A stretch of 64,000 nucleotides of DNA from an uncultured bacterium (GTDB lineage Bacteria; Actinomycetota; Acidimicrobiia; Spongiisociales; ZC4RG35): NCBI GenBank assembly GCA_963825585.1, contig CAWGTX010000007.1:1839-65838 (forward strand), in the 5' to 3' direction. The notes under the pieces were generated by a model, which was not told the DNA's origin, did not search any database, and worked only from the letters and a program-made list of their open reading frames with translations. Below are positions 1 to 9,845 of this stretch, piece by piece (positions within the stretch are counted from its first letter, which is position 1; each line of letters opens with the position of its first letter). The position numbers and the translations under genes are program-made.

Positions 1-13
1 CCCGCTGCCGGCC

Positions 14-1876
14 GTGGTGTCGATCGAACGGGCGGTCGAAGCCGACGCCCCGCTGGTGCACTCCACGGCCTCATCGAACGTGGTGGCGACCGTTCGAGCG
101 AAGTACGGCGACATCGACGAGGCATTCGCCTCCGCCGACCATGTCATCCCCTTCACACTCCGCCAGCACCGTGGCGCCTGCGCCTCGATGGAACCTCGCG
201 GCGTGCTGGTGGACCCCTCCGGCGACGGCATCACCATGTGGACCTCCAGTCAGGGGCCCTTCGCCGTCAGGAAGATGGTGGCGGCCTACTACGGGCTCGA
301 GGACCTTCGGGTGATCGCCCCCGACGTGGGTGGCGGATTCGGACCGAAGGGTGGGATCTACCCGGAGGAGTACGTGCTTCCCGCCCTGGCCATGCGCCTG
401 GGCAGGCCGGTCAAGTGGATCGAGACCCGCCGCGAGCACCTGCTGGCAACGAACCAGCAGCGCGACATGGTGAGCAATCTGGAGGTAGCGGCCGCCGCCG
501 ACGGACGGTTCCTCGGTCTGCGCGGACACATCCTCCACGACAACGGCGCCTACGTGCCGTACGGCATCCTCCTGCACATGACCGGGTTCCAGCTCATCCA
601 GGGCCCCTACGCCCTCGGTGCCATGGACATCACCCTCGACGCTGTCGCCACCAACGCCGTCGCCACCAGTCCCATCCGGGGAGCGGCCCGACCGAACGCC
701 GCCTTCATCTCGGAGCGCATGGCCGATGCGGTGGCCCGTGCCACCGGGCTCGACCCGTTCGAGGTGCGCAGACGCAACTTCATTCCGGCCGACGCCTTCC
801 CATACGAGTTCGCCCTCGCCGCCCGGTACGGCGGCAACATCACCTACGACTCGGGTGACTATCTGACCTCGATGGAACAGGTGATGGCCCTCGCCGACGT
901 CGCCGGGTTCCCCGACCGCCGGGCTGCGGCCGAAGCCGATGGACGACTACGCGGCATCGGCGTCGCCTCCTACGTCGAGGACACCGGGCTGGGTCCGTTC
1001 GAGGCGGTGCGCATCCACCTCGAGAGCGACGGCACCGTGGTGGTGTCGGTCGGCACCGGCTCCCAGGGTCAGGGACATGCCACCGTGCTCAGCCAGATCG
1101 CAGCCACCCAGCTCGGCGTGGCCCCTTCGTCGGTGGTGGTTCGAGCGGCCGACACCAGCCTTCCCGGCAACGGTGGCAGCACCGTCGCCAGCCGCACCGC
1201 CGTGACAGCCATGTCATCGGCGCAGCTGGCCGCGGTCGACGTGGCCGACCAACTCCGCAAGCTCGCCGCCGAACGGATGGAAGCGGCCGAGGCCGACCTC
1301 GTGCTCGAAGACGGGTTCGTGCGGGTGGCCGGCCAACCCGGCGCCGAGATGAGCCTGGCCGAGCTGGCGGCGGATTCCGAGATCGCCTCCGACCAGGCCT
1401 TCCCCACCCCCCGTCCGCCCTACGCGTTCGGATGCCACATCGCCGAAGTGGAGGTCGACCCCGAAACCGGCCTCATCACGGTCATCGACTACTCGGTGGC
1501 CCACGACTGTGGCACCGTGCTCAATCCCATGATCGTCGACGGCCAAATCGACGGCGGCGTCGCCCACGGCCTGTCGAACGCCCTCTACGAGCAGGTGTCG
1601 TTCGCCGAGGACGGCCAGCCGTTGTCGACCACGTTCATGGACTTCCGCATCCCCACCGCCATGGAGATGCCGCCACTTAAGAAGGTCCACACGGTGACAC
1701 CGTCGCCCGACAACCCCCTCGGCGCCAAAGGCGCCGGTGAGGGAGGGACCATCCCCGCCGCCGCCGCCGTGGTGGCGGCGGTCGAGAACGCCCTCACCGT
1801 CTACGGGATCGTGGTCGATCGCTACCCGCTGTTCCCGTCGACGGTCCGACGCATGATGGAGGATGCTCAGCGATGA
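14..1876 (+). CDS. Xanthine dehydrogenase family molybdopterin-binding large subunit (CoxL/CutL-like), probably 5'-truncated by the window edge
   Basis: Motifs SMEPRG, VGGGFGPKG, GQGHAT, HDCGTVLNPMIVDGQIDGGVAHG, GAKGAGEGG. Active-site loop is IRGAARP, not the AYxCSFR of form I CO dehydrogenase. Confidence 0.9.
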   Translation: MVSIERAVEADAPLVHSTASSNVVATVRAKYGDIDEAFASADHVIPFTLRQHRGACASMEPRGVLVDPSGDGITMWTSSQGPFAVRKMVAAYYGLEDLRVIAPDVGGGFGPKGGIYPEEYVLPALAMRLGRPVKWIETRREHLLATNQQRDMVSNLEVAAAADGRFLGLRGHILHDNGAYVPYGILLHMTGFQLIQGPYALGAMDITLDAVATNAVATSPIRGAARPNAAFISERMADAVARATGLDPFEVRRRNFIPADAFPYEFALAARYGGNITYDSGDYLTSMEQVMALADVAGFPDRRAAAEADGRLRGIGVASYVEDTGLGPFEAVRIHLESDGTVVVSVGTGSQGQGHATVLSQIAATQLGVAPSSVVVRAADTSLPGNGGSTVASRTAVTAMSSAQLAAVDVADQLRKLAAERMEAAEADLVLEDGFVRVAGQPGAEMSLAELAADSEIASDQAFPTPRPPYAFGCHIAEVEVDPETGLITVIDYSVAHDCGTVLNPMIVDGQIDGGVAHGLSNALYEQVSFAEDGQPLSTTFMDFRIPTAMEMPPLKKVHTVTPSPDNPLGAKGAGEGGTIPAAAAVVAAVENALTVYGIVVDRYPLFPSTVRRMMEDAQR

Positions 1877-3069
1877 GCTACGGACCGCCGTATTGGAGTC
1901 CCGGCGACTTCGAGCAGGTGAACGGGTTCCCCCGCTATCCCCGCCGGGAGATCAACCGCCGGCACAGTTGGGCAGCCGACATGCTCATCGCCCATGAACT
2001 CGACGCAGTCGTGGTGGGCGGGGCCACAGGAGCGCTCGAGACCTCGGTGCAGTACTTCTCCAACTGGCCGAGTCAGGTGCAGTCCTACGTGGTGTTCCTC
2101 CCGGCGGAGACACCCCTCATGTTGGTCCGATTGTGGAACCACCTGCCCGACGCCCAACGGATCGCCATGATCGACGACATCCGCTACGGCGGTGACACCC
2201 CGGCGGAGCAGGCCGAGCAGTTGGCAGGCATGCTGGCGCGACACGGCTGTCAGCGGGTCGGTCTGATCGGGGTGGTCCCCCACGCCGACGTCGAAACGCT
2301 GCGCAGGGTCATCGACGACGTGGATCTGGTGGACCTCAACCCGGCCTATCAGTCGTTCCGGCTGGTGAAGACCGAGGACGAGATGACGTTCGTCCGTATC
2401 GCCTCCCGCATGAACGACGCCGCCACCTCCGCACTCGCCACCGAGTTGAAACCGGGCGTCAACGAGCTCGACGTGGCCCGCATCGTCGAAGACGCGTACC
2501 TGGCACACCGAGCCTGGAACCTGATCCACTTCAGCCTGACCACCCCCATGTCGGACCCGTCGATCGTGGTCCCACACCAGTACCACCCCGATCGGGTGAT
2601 CCAAGCGGGTGACGTGTTCGTGACCGAGATCAGCACCACATTCTGGGGTTACTCGGGTCAGATCCTGCGCACCTACACCATCGGCGGCGGGCCGAACGAG
2701 CGATACGCGCGACTCCATCGAGTGGCTCTCGACGCCTATCACGCCATCACCGACGCCCTCCACCCCGGAGCCACGGTGGGTGAAGTCCTCGACGCCGCCG
2801 AGCTGATCGCCGCTGAAGGCTTCGACATCTGGGACGACCTGGTCCACGGGTTCGGCGGCGCCTATCTTCCGCCCATCGTGAGGACCCGGCAGTCCCGTGG
2901 CGCCACCCACGACGACTCGTTCACCTACCCCGACGGCACGCTATTGGTGGTTCAGCCGAACGTGATCGACGGGCAGGCGGGCGTCCAGGTGGGCAACTCG
3001 ATGTGGGTGACGAGTGAAGGCACCGAGTTGACCCAGTCGTTCCCGACCGAGCTGATCGTGTGCGAGTAG
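1873..3069 (+). CDS. M24 (Xaa-Pro peptidase/creatinase) family hydrolase
   Basis: RLVKTEDE, LKPGVNE, GYSGQILRT, LHPGATVGEV, VHGFG; ATGA overlap with the upstream gene. Confidence 0.8.
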   Translation: MSYGPPYWSPGDFEQVNGFPRYPRREINRRHSWAADMLIAHELDAVVVGGATGALETSVQYFSNWPSQVQSYVVFLPAETPLMLVRLWNHLPDAQRIAMIDDIRYGGDTPAEQAEQLAGMLARHGCQRVGLIGVVPHADVETLRRVIDDVDLVDLNPAYQSFRLVKTEDEMTFVRIASRMNDAATSALATELKPGVNELDVARIVEDAYLAHRAWNLIHFSLTTPMSDPSIVVPHQYHPDRVIQAGDVFVTEISTTFWGYSGQILRTYTIGGGPNERYARLHRVALDAYHAITDALHPGATVGEVLDAAELIAAEGFDIWDDLVHGFGGAYLPPIVRTRQSRGATHDDSFTYPDGTLLVVQPNVIDGQAGVQVGNSMWVTSEGTELTQSFPTELIVCE

Positions 3070-3076
3070 GAGAGGT

Positions 3077-4818
3077 ATGAACACCGAGACCCGTGACGGA
3101 ATGACGATCGACTGGGACGTCGAGATCGTGATGGACGACGGCGTCCCCATGGTCGCCGACGTGTTCCGCCCCATCGAGGACGGGCGTTACCCGGTGATCA
3201 TCAGCTACGGGCCGTACGCCAAGGGACTGTCGTTCCAGGAGGGGTACCCCGATCAGTGGAACCGGATGGTCGCCGACTTCCCCGAGGTCGCCGAGGGTTC
3301 CACCAACAAGTACCAGAACTGGGAAGTGGTCGACCCCGAGAAGTGGGTGCCCAACGGCTACGTGGTGGTGCGGGTCGACTCCCGAGGGACCGGCATGTCC
3401 CCGGGCTTCGTCGATCATTTCTCGCCCCGCGAGACCCGTGACTTCTACGACTGCATCGAATGGGCCGCCGCCCAGCCGTGGTCGAACGGCAAGGTTGGCG
3501 CCAACGGCATCAGCTATCTGGCCATCAACCAGTGGCATGTCGCCGCCCTTCAGCCGCCCCATCTGGCTGCCATCTGCGTGTGGGAAGGCGCGGCCGACTG
3601 GTACCGCGACATGACCCACCACGGCGGCATGGTGTCGACGTTCTGGGCCAACTGGTACGACATGCAGGTCAAGACCGTCCAGTACGGGCTCGGTGACCGT
3701 GGCCCCAAGAGCGTGGTCACCGGACGCAATGTCTGTGGGACCGAGACCCTGGGCGAGGAGCAGTTGGCTGCCAACCGCTCGGACTTCGGTGAGCAGATCC
3801 TCGCCCACCCACTCGACGATCAGTACCACCGCGACCGCTCACCGGACTTCGATGCCATCACGACTCCGCTGCTGTCCGCCGGCAACTGGGGTGGGCAGGG
3901 ACTCCACCTTCGCGGCAACGTGGAGGGATATGTCCGCTCGGCAGCATCACAGAAGTGGTTGGAGCTGCACGGCATCGAACACTGGACACACTTCTACACC
4001 GACTACGGCCGTGAGCTCCAGCTGGCCTTCTTCGATCACTTCCTCAAGGGCGAGGAAAACGGGTGGGATCGCCGTCCGCCGGTGCTCCTGCAGGTCCGCC
4101 ACCTCGACGGTTTCGAGGAACGCACCGAGGACGCATGGCCGATTCCTCGGACCCGGTGGACCGAGCTGTATCTGCATTCGGATCTCACGCTCAGCACCGA
4201 ACCTCCTACCGTGGCGGCGGCGCTCGAGTTCGAGGCGTTGGGGGACGGACTGACCTTCCGGTCCGACCCGCTCGACGCCGACACCGAGATCACAGGCCCA
4301 CTCTCGGCCCGCCTGTGGGTGTCGTCGTCGACCACCGACGCCGACCTGTTCGTGGTGTTCCGGGTGTACGACCCCGATGGCAGCGAGGTCACCTTCCAGG
4401 GTGCGCTCGACCCCCGGGCTCCCATCGCCCAGGGTTGGCTGCGGGCCTCGCATCGGGAACTCGACCCGGAGATCTCCCAGCCCTACCGGCCCTATCACAC
4501 CCACGGGCAGGAACAGCCGTTGACGCCCGGCGAGATCTACCAACTCGACATCGAGCTGTGGCCGACGTCGATCGTGGTCCCCGCCGGCTACACACTGGCG
4601 GTGTCGGTGCGCGGGAAGGACTACGAGAACGACGAGATACCCGACGACGGCAAGGGTGACGATCTCGAGCTTCAAGAACAGGTTCAGCGGCTGCGGACCA
4701 TTCCTCCACGACGATCCCGACCGACCGTCCCTCCGACGTGTACGGCGGTATGACGACGCTCCATCTGGGCCCGAACCGGCCGGCGCACGTGCTGGCCCCG
4801 GTCATCCCCCCGGCCTGA
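3077..4818 (+). CDS. CocE/NonD family hydrolase with two frameshifts near the C-terminus (~4655, ~4725)
   Basis: GYVVVRVDSRG, WSNGKVG, GISYLA nucleophile elbow, GWLRASHR. The C-terminus continues in other frames as FSGCGPFLHDDP and then VYGGMTTLHLGPNRPAHVLAPVIPPA, stopping at 4818. Confidence 0.85.
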
Positions 4819-4877
4819 AACGGGATCCGGACACGGACGGGGGCGAGGTGCACGGGTGCTCGGGCGAGCGAGGTCAC

Positions 4878-4892
4878 ATCCTGCAACATATA
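4878..4892 (+). promoter_or_regulatory. Candidate operator ATCCTGCAACATATA
   Basis: Matches the 15-bp motif recurring upstream of catabolic operons in this window. Confidence 0.65.
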
Positions 4893-4927
4893 GAATCGGC
4901 CCTGGCGACGAAGAGGAGAGGTGCGAC

Positions 4928-5705
4928 GTGATCATCGAGACCGACGCCGGCAACGTGTCCCTGGAGCAGGTCGGTGCCGGACCCGACATCGTGCTGTTGC
5001 ACTCGCTCCTCTCGGACCGCAACGTCTTCGCCCCGATCGTCCCCGCACTGGCCGCCAACCACCGGGTCAACCTGGTCGACCTGCCCGGGTTCGGTTCCAC
5101 GAGTCTGATCGAAGCGGACATGAACGCCTACGGCGACATGATCGGCTCCCTCCTCCAAGCCGGGCCGTACGACCCGGCGACCACATGCATACTCGGCAAC
5201 GGTCTGGGCGCATTCGTGGCTCTGGCCACCGCCATCCGCCACGGATCCGCCTTCGACAAGCTGGTGGTGGCGGGAGGCGGAGCCGGGTTCACCGAAGCCG
5301 GCAAGGGTGCCTTCCGCGGCATGATCGGCGGCGTCGAGCAGGGCGGAATGGAAGGCATCATCGAAGTCGCCATCCGGAGGATCTTTCCCGAGGACTACCT
5401 CGGAGCCCATCCCGACCAGGCCGAGGAGCGCCGAGCCGTCTTGCGGCGCACCGACACGACCGCCTTCGTGGCGGCATGCACCGCTCTGCTCGGTCTCGAC
5501 TACTTCGAGGCCTCGAAGAGCCATCGGCAACCCGACGCTGGTGATCGCCGGGTCGGAAGATCAGGCGACTCCGCCGGCGATGGCGATCGATCTGGCCGAC
5601 CGGGTACCCGGCGCCCGACTCGAAATCATGGAGGGCGTGGCACACGCCCCCCAACTCCAGGACCCCGAAGGTTTCCTGACCCTCCTCCAGGGATTTCTGG
5701 ACTGA
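4928..5705 (+). CDS. Alpha/beta-fold hydrolase (enol-lactonase-like), frameshifted near 5520
   Basis: GAGGAG RBS then GTG; LLHSL, DLPGFG, elbow GNGLG. The C-terminus PTLVIAGSEDQATPP...GVAHAPQLQDP lies in another frame and ends at TGA 5705. Confidence 0.8.
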
Positions 5706-5724
5706 CCGACCGAAAGAGGAATCG

Positions 5725-6594
5725 ATGACCACAGTCGTACGGTTCGGGGGCTACGCACCGGCCGAAAGCACCCATGGGCGCGCCCAGATCCACTTCACCG
5801 AACGGATGACCGAACGGCTCGGCGATCGGGTGGAGGTGGAGATCCTCCACAACGTCATGGACCTGGGACGGCCCGCCACCGACCTGTTCACCATGGTCGA
5901 GAGCGGCGAGCTCACCATGTGTTTCTTCTCGACCAGCTACCTGGGCTCCCGCGTCCCCGAGCTCAACGTGTTGGAACGACCGTACCTGTTCTCGGATCTG
6001 CCCGAGGCCCACGCCGCCCTCGACGGTGAGTTCGGGGCGACGCTCACCGAGGCCACCGAACGACAGACCGACTTCGAAGTTCTCGGCTACTGGGACAACG
6101 GCTTCCGCCACTTCACCAACCGGCTCCGCCCGGTGCGACGCCCCGCCGACGTCGCCGGAATGACCGTGCGACTCCAGCCCAACAGCATGCACGAGGCGAT
6201 GGTTGAAGCCTGGGGCGGAACCCCGATCGCCGTGGAGCTGTCAGAGGGTGTTCGCCTCATCCAGGAGTTGAAGGTGGACGCCCAGGAGAACCCGCTCGGC
6301 AACAGCGTCGCCTACGGCGTCGACAAGGTGCACAAGTACGTGACGATGACCGGGCACCTCTACGGCGCCCGCGGCGTGTACGCCAACCGGCAGATGTTGG
6401 CCGACATGCCGGCCGACATCGCCGATGCCGTCCGCGCATCTGCTCGCGACGCCATCGTCCACCAGCGCTCGATCGCCGCCGACTACGAGTTGGAGCTCCG
6501 CGAGCGGCTCACCGCCCAGGGCCTCGAGTTCATCGACCTCACCCCCGACGAGCGCGAAGCCTTCGTCGCTCCCACCCGCCACATCGGAGCGTGA
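5725..6594 (+). CDS. dctP: TRAP transporter substrate-binding protein (DctP family)
   Basis: LGYWDNGFRHFTN, RPVRRPADVAGMTVR, VDAQENP, TGHLY. Confidence 0.85.
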   Translation: MTTVVRFGGYAPAESTHGRAQIHFTERMTERLGDRVEVEILHNVMDLGRPATDLFTMVESGELTMCFFSTSYLGSRVPELNVLERPYLFSDLPEAHAALDGEFGATLTEATERQTDFEVLGYWDNGFRHFTNRLRPVRRPADVAGMTVRLQPNSMHEAMVEAWGGTPIAVELSEGVRLIQELKVDAQENPLGNSVAYGVDKVHKYVTMTGHLYGARGVYANRQMLADMPADIADAVRASARDAIVHQRSIAADYELELRERLTAQGLEFIDLTPDEREAFVAPTRHIGA

Positions 6595-7484
6595 CCATGC
6601 AGGTAGGACTGATCGGGCTCGGGCTCATGGGCACCGCCATGGGACCGAACCTCGCCAACGCCGGATTCTCCATCACCGGCTTCGACGTCGACGAGGACCG
6701 TTGCGCCGAACACGCCGCCCGGGGTGTCACCATCGTCGACACCCCGGCCGCCGCCGCAGCGGTCGGCACGGTGCTGCTGTCGCTGCCCAACAGCGACATC
6801 GGCCGCCAGGTGTGCTTCGGCGCCGACGGCGTCATCGAGGGCAAGCCCGGCCTGGTGATCGACACCACCACCGCCCGTCCGGCCGACACCATCGCTCTCG
6901 GCGAACGGTTCGCCGGGGCCGGGGTCGGATTCGTGGACGCAACGATGAGCGGCAACGCCGCCCAGGCCGCCGAGCGCGACATCGTCGCCATGGTTGGCGG
7001 CACCGAGGCCGATTTCGAGGCCGCCAGGGTGGTGCTCGAGGCTGTGGCACGTTCGGTCCATCACGTCGGTCCGGTCGGCTCGGGCGCGGTCACCAAGCTG
7101 ATCGTCAACCAGGTGCTCGGCATCCACCGGGTGGCCCTGGCCGAAGGACTGGTGATGGGCGAACGCGCCGGGGTCGACCTCAACCGCCTGCTCGGTGTCC
7201 TCAAGGACGGCGCCGCCTACTCCAGGGCGATGGACGTGTGGGGCCAGCGGATGGTCGACGGCGACCACGTGCCGCCGGCGTCACGCATCAAACAGAACCA
7301 CAAGGACTTCCGACTGATCCTCGAACAGGGCCAGGAGCTGGGCTCCCCCACCTGGCTGGCGTCGACGGTGCGTCAGCTACTCGGAACCGCCGAGGCCACC
7401 GGCCTCGCCGACGTCGACAACTCGGGTGTCATCGAGATCCTCCGCCGGCAGGCGGGAATCGGCAGGCTGCCGACGGAGAGCTGA
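6591..7484 (+). CDS. NAD(P)-dependent beta-hydroxyacid dehydrogenase (3-hydroxyisobutyrate DH family)
   Basis: GLIGLGLMG Rossmann motif, FVDATMSG, GSGAVTKLIVN with the catalytic Lys. Confidence 0.9.
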   Translation: MTMQVGLIGLGLMGTAMGPNLANAGFSITGFDVDEDRCAEHAARGVTIVDTPAAAAAVGTVLLSLPNSDIGRQVCFGADGVIEGKPGLVIDTTTARPADTIALGERFAGAGVGFVDATMSGNAAQAAERDIVAMVGGTEADFEAARVVLEAVARSVHHVGPVGSGAVTKLIVNQVLGIHRVALAEGLVMGERAGVDLNRLLGVLKDGAAYSRAMDVWGQRMVDGDHVPPASRIKQNHKDFRLILEQGQELGSPTWLASTVRQLLGTAEATGLADVDNSGVIEILRRQAGIGRLPTES

Positions 7485-7486
7485 GG

Positions 7487-7527
7487 TGCGTGTTGCGTCC
7501 GACGTCCGACGCAACACGCAACACGCA
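7487..7527. repeat. Inverted repeat built of ACGCAAC heptamers; possible terminator
   Basis: TGCGTGTTGCGTC...GACGCAACACGCA directly after the stop codon. Confidence 0.55.
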
Positions 7528-7709
7528 AGGACCCGCGTCGGGGCGTGCGAGGCTCTGCGAGTGCGCCCAATGCCCGAGCCGGTCTACCCGTCAACGTGTG
7601 GGTGACGCCAATGATGTGGGGAGTCCGACGAGGGAGGGCCCAGACTCCGGCGGTTCAGCCCCCGTCACCCTGACGACCACAGGCGAAGTTATCTCAGCGG
7701 CAGACGCGC

Positions 7710-8018
7710 TCAGCATCCGAGCGCATAACCCACGGCGTCGCACACTCGCCGCATCACGTCCGGACCAACCGATCCAACTCGTTCGGCGAGGAGGGCCTGC
7801 GGCACCGTGTGGACACCGTCGCAATTGACGGCCGACTCGTGATCGATGCCGACCGCTTGATGGTCGATCGGCACCTCGACGGCGAGTCCCCGCATCGAGG
7901 TGGTGACCTCTGCCACGGTGACCAGGGCACGCACGTCGGTCACCTCGTTGCGCGTGAGGATGAGGACGGGGCGCCGCTTGCCGCCCACCTCGGCCAGCCA
8001 GATCTCGCCCCGCCTCAC
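7710..8018 (-). CDS. mazF: PemK/MazF family toxin
   Basis: MRRGEIWLA...KRRPVLILTR...VTTSMRG...SAVNCD. Confidence 0.9.
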   Translation of the reverse strand: MRRGEIWLAEVGGKRRPVLILTRNEVTDVRALVTVAEVTTSMRGLAVEVPIDHQAVGIDHESAVNCDGVHTVPQALLAERVGSVGPDVMRRVCDAVGYALGC

Positions 8019-8224
8019 TCTTCACTCCAGGCCTCGGCCTGGTCCCAGAACGAGTCCGTTTGCTCGGGGTGTCGCAGGTAGGCGGCACGGTCGGACTCGG
8101 CCAGGGCAGCTCTCACCGCGGCGATGACACCATCACGGGCAGCAGCCGAGATGTTGACACCGAGGCTCCGAGCCTGCTCGATGAGCGACTCCTCGAGGGT
8201 GAAGGTGGTGCGCGTGGCAGCCAT
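8015..8224 (-). CDS. CcdA-like ribbon-helix-helix antitoxin
   Basis: RTTFTLEESLIEQARSLGVNISAAAR; 69 aa; GTGA overlap with the toxin start. Confidence 0.75.
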   Translation of the reverse strand: MAATRTTFTLEESLIEQARSLGVNISAAARDGVIAAVRAALAESDRAAYLRHPEQTDSFWDQAEAWSEE

Positions 8225-8231
8225 ACAGGTC

Positions 8232-8254
8232 ATGCTAGCGGCTCGCGCTAGCAT
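8232..8254. promoter_or_regulatory. Perfect inverted repeat upstream of the antitoxin (candidate autoregulatory operator)
   Basis: ATGCTAGCG-N5-CGCTAGCAT. Confidence 0.55.
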
Positions 8255-8653
8255 CATGATGCGCCGACTTCGCGACCCGACAGGGTCGGCCAAGTCTTCG
8301 GCGTACCAATCGGTCGCGGCCTCGACGCGCAGGAGGCCGGGTCCCACCCGAAGGCTACGGGCTTTCCCACAGGAGGCTGGGCGTCCTCGCAAAGCCTCGG
8401 CCGCCCCTACCCGGTCATCGGTAGCCGCACGGGCCATCCGCCCTCACTGGGCGGCCCACACCTGATGGGGCGGCCAAACCAACCGCATCCGGACCCAACG
8501 CGGCTTTCAAGCAAGGGCCGAGTCCCACCCGAGGGCCACGGCGGTCCACACGTGTAGGGGCAACGAGCCTTCCCGCAGGAGCCTGGGCGCCGGCACCCTG
8601 AGAACAACCTGCCCGCAGCACGAACGCGCCCGAACCCGGCGGGACTGCGTCGT

Positions 8654-9841
8654 TCAGACCACGCCGCGGGAGCGGAGATCGGCGATCTCGTCGGGGGACA
8701 GTTCGGCGAGCTCCGTCAGGATCTCGTCGGTGTGCTCGCCCAGCATCGGCGGATGCCGACGGATCGAGCCGGGGGTGCCGTCGAACTTGATGGGCAGACC
8801 GAGCATCTTCACCATGCCCACCATCGGGTGTTCGATCTCGGTGACCATCTCCCGACCCATGGTCTGTGGCGAGCTGAGCGCCTCGGCCACGTCGTTGATG
8901 GGTCCCGAGGGGATGCCAACGGCGTCGAGCGCCTCGATCCACTCGGCCCGGGTCTTCGTCACCATGATCTCGGCGATCAGCCCGTCGATGACATCGCGGT
9001 TGTTCACCCGATCACGGTTGCGGGCGAAACGCTCATCGTCGTTCCACTCGGGATGGCCGAGCAGAGCAGCCAGCTTGCGGAACTGCTCGTCGTTGCCCAC
9101 CGCCACGGCCACGTCGCCGTCGGAGGCGGCGAAGGTGCGGTAGGGCACGATGTTCGGGTGGCCGTTGCCGTAGCGGCCGGGAACCTTGCCCGACGCCAGG
9201 TGGTTGGCGGCGACGTTGGCCAGCATCAGCAGGCCGGTGTCGTGCAGGCTGACCTCGGCCCGCTGACCCTTGCCGGTGACCGAACGGCTTGCGAGCCCGG
9301 CCAACGCCGAAATGGTGGCGAGCATGCCGGTGCAGATGTCGACGATCGCCACGCCCAGCTTCATCGCCTCGCCCTCGGGCTCGCCGGTGATCGACATGAG
9401 CCCGGTCTCGGCCTGGAGGATGAAGTCATAGCCCGGCAGACCCGCCTTGGGTCCGGTGGAGCCGTATCCGCTGATCGTCACCCGTACCGCCTGCGGGGCG
9501 TTGGCGTCGAACCAGTCGGCGTCGAAGCCCCACCGTTCCAGGGTGCCGATCTTGAAGTTGTCGAGCACGATGTCGGCCTTGGGGATGAGCCGGGCCAAGA
9601 CCTGGCGCCCATCTTCCGAGCCGATGTCGAGGGTGACACTTCGCTTGTTGCGGTTCACACCCAGGTAGTAGGCGGACTCGTTGCCGACGAAGGGAGGGCC
9701 CCAGGCGCGGGTGTCGTCGCCGGCACCCGGCCGTTCCACCTTGATGACGTCGGCCCCCATGTCGGCCAACAACATGGCCGACAGGGGGCCGGCGAGCACC
9801 CGCGTCAGATCGAGGACGACGATCCCGTCGAGTGCACCCAT
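8654..9841 (-). CDS. CaiB/BaiF family III CoA-transferase
   Basis: VLDLTRVLAGP, LADMGADVIKVERPGAGDDTR, NRNKRS, PGYDFILQAETGLMS. Confidence 0.95.
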   Translation of the reverse strand: MGALDGIVVLDLTRVLAGPLSAMLLADMGADVIKVERPGAGDDTRAWGPPFVGNESAYYLGVNRNKRSVTLDIGSEDGRQVLARLIPKADIVLDNFKIGTLERWGFDADWFDANAPQAVRVTISGYGSTGPKAGLPGYDFILQAETGLMSITGEPEGEAMKLGVAIVDICTGMLATISALAGLASRSVTGKGQRAEVSLHDTGLLMLANVAANHLASGKVPGRYGNGHPNIVPYRTFAASDGDVAVAVGNDEQFRKLAALLGHPEWNDDERFARNRDRVNNRDVIDGLIAEIMVTKTRAEWIEALDAVGIPSGPINDVAEALSSPQTMGREMVTEIEHPMVGMVKMLGLPIKFDGTPGSIRRHPPMLGEHTDEILTELAELSPDEIADLRSRGVV

Positions 9842-9845
9842 CAGG

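Noticed and set aside
14-1876. Aerobic CO dehydrogenase CoxL
   Set aside because: It lacks the AYxCSFR signature and no cox accessory genes follow it.
4650-4730. Programmed ribosomal frameshifting at the frame breaks
   Set aside because: No consistent slippery site was seen and the breaks are scattered over unrelated genes, so indel error is the simpler explanation.
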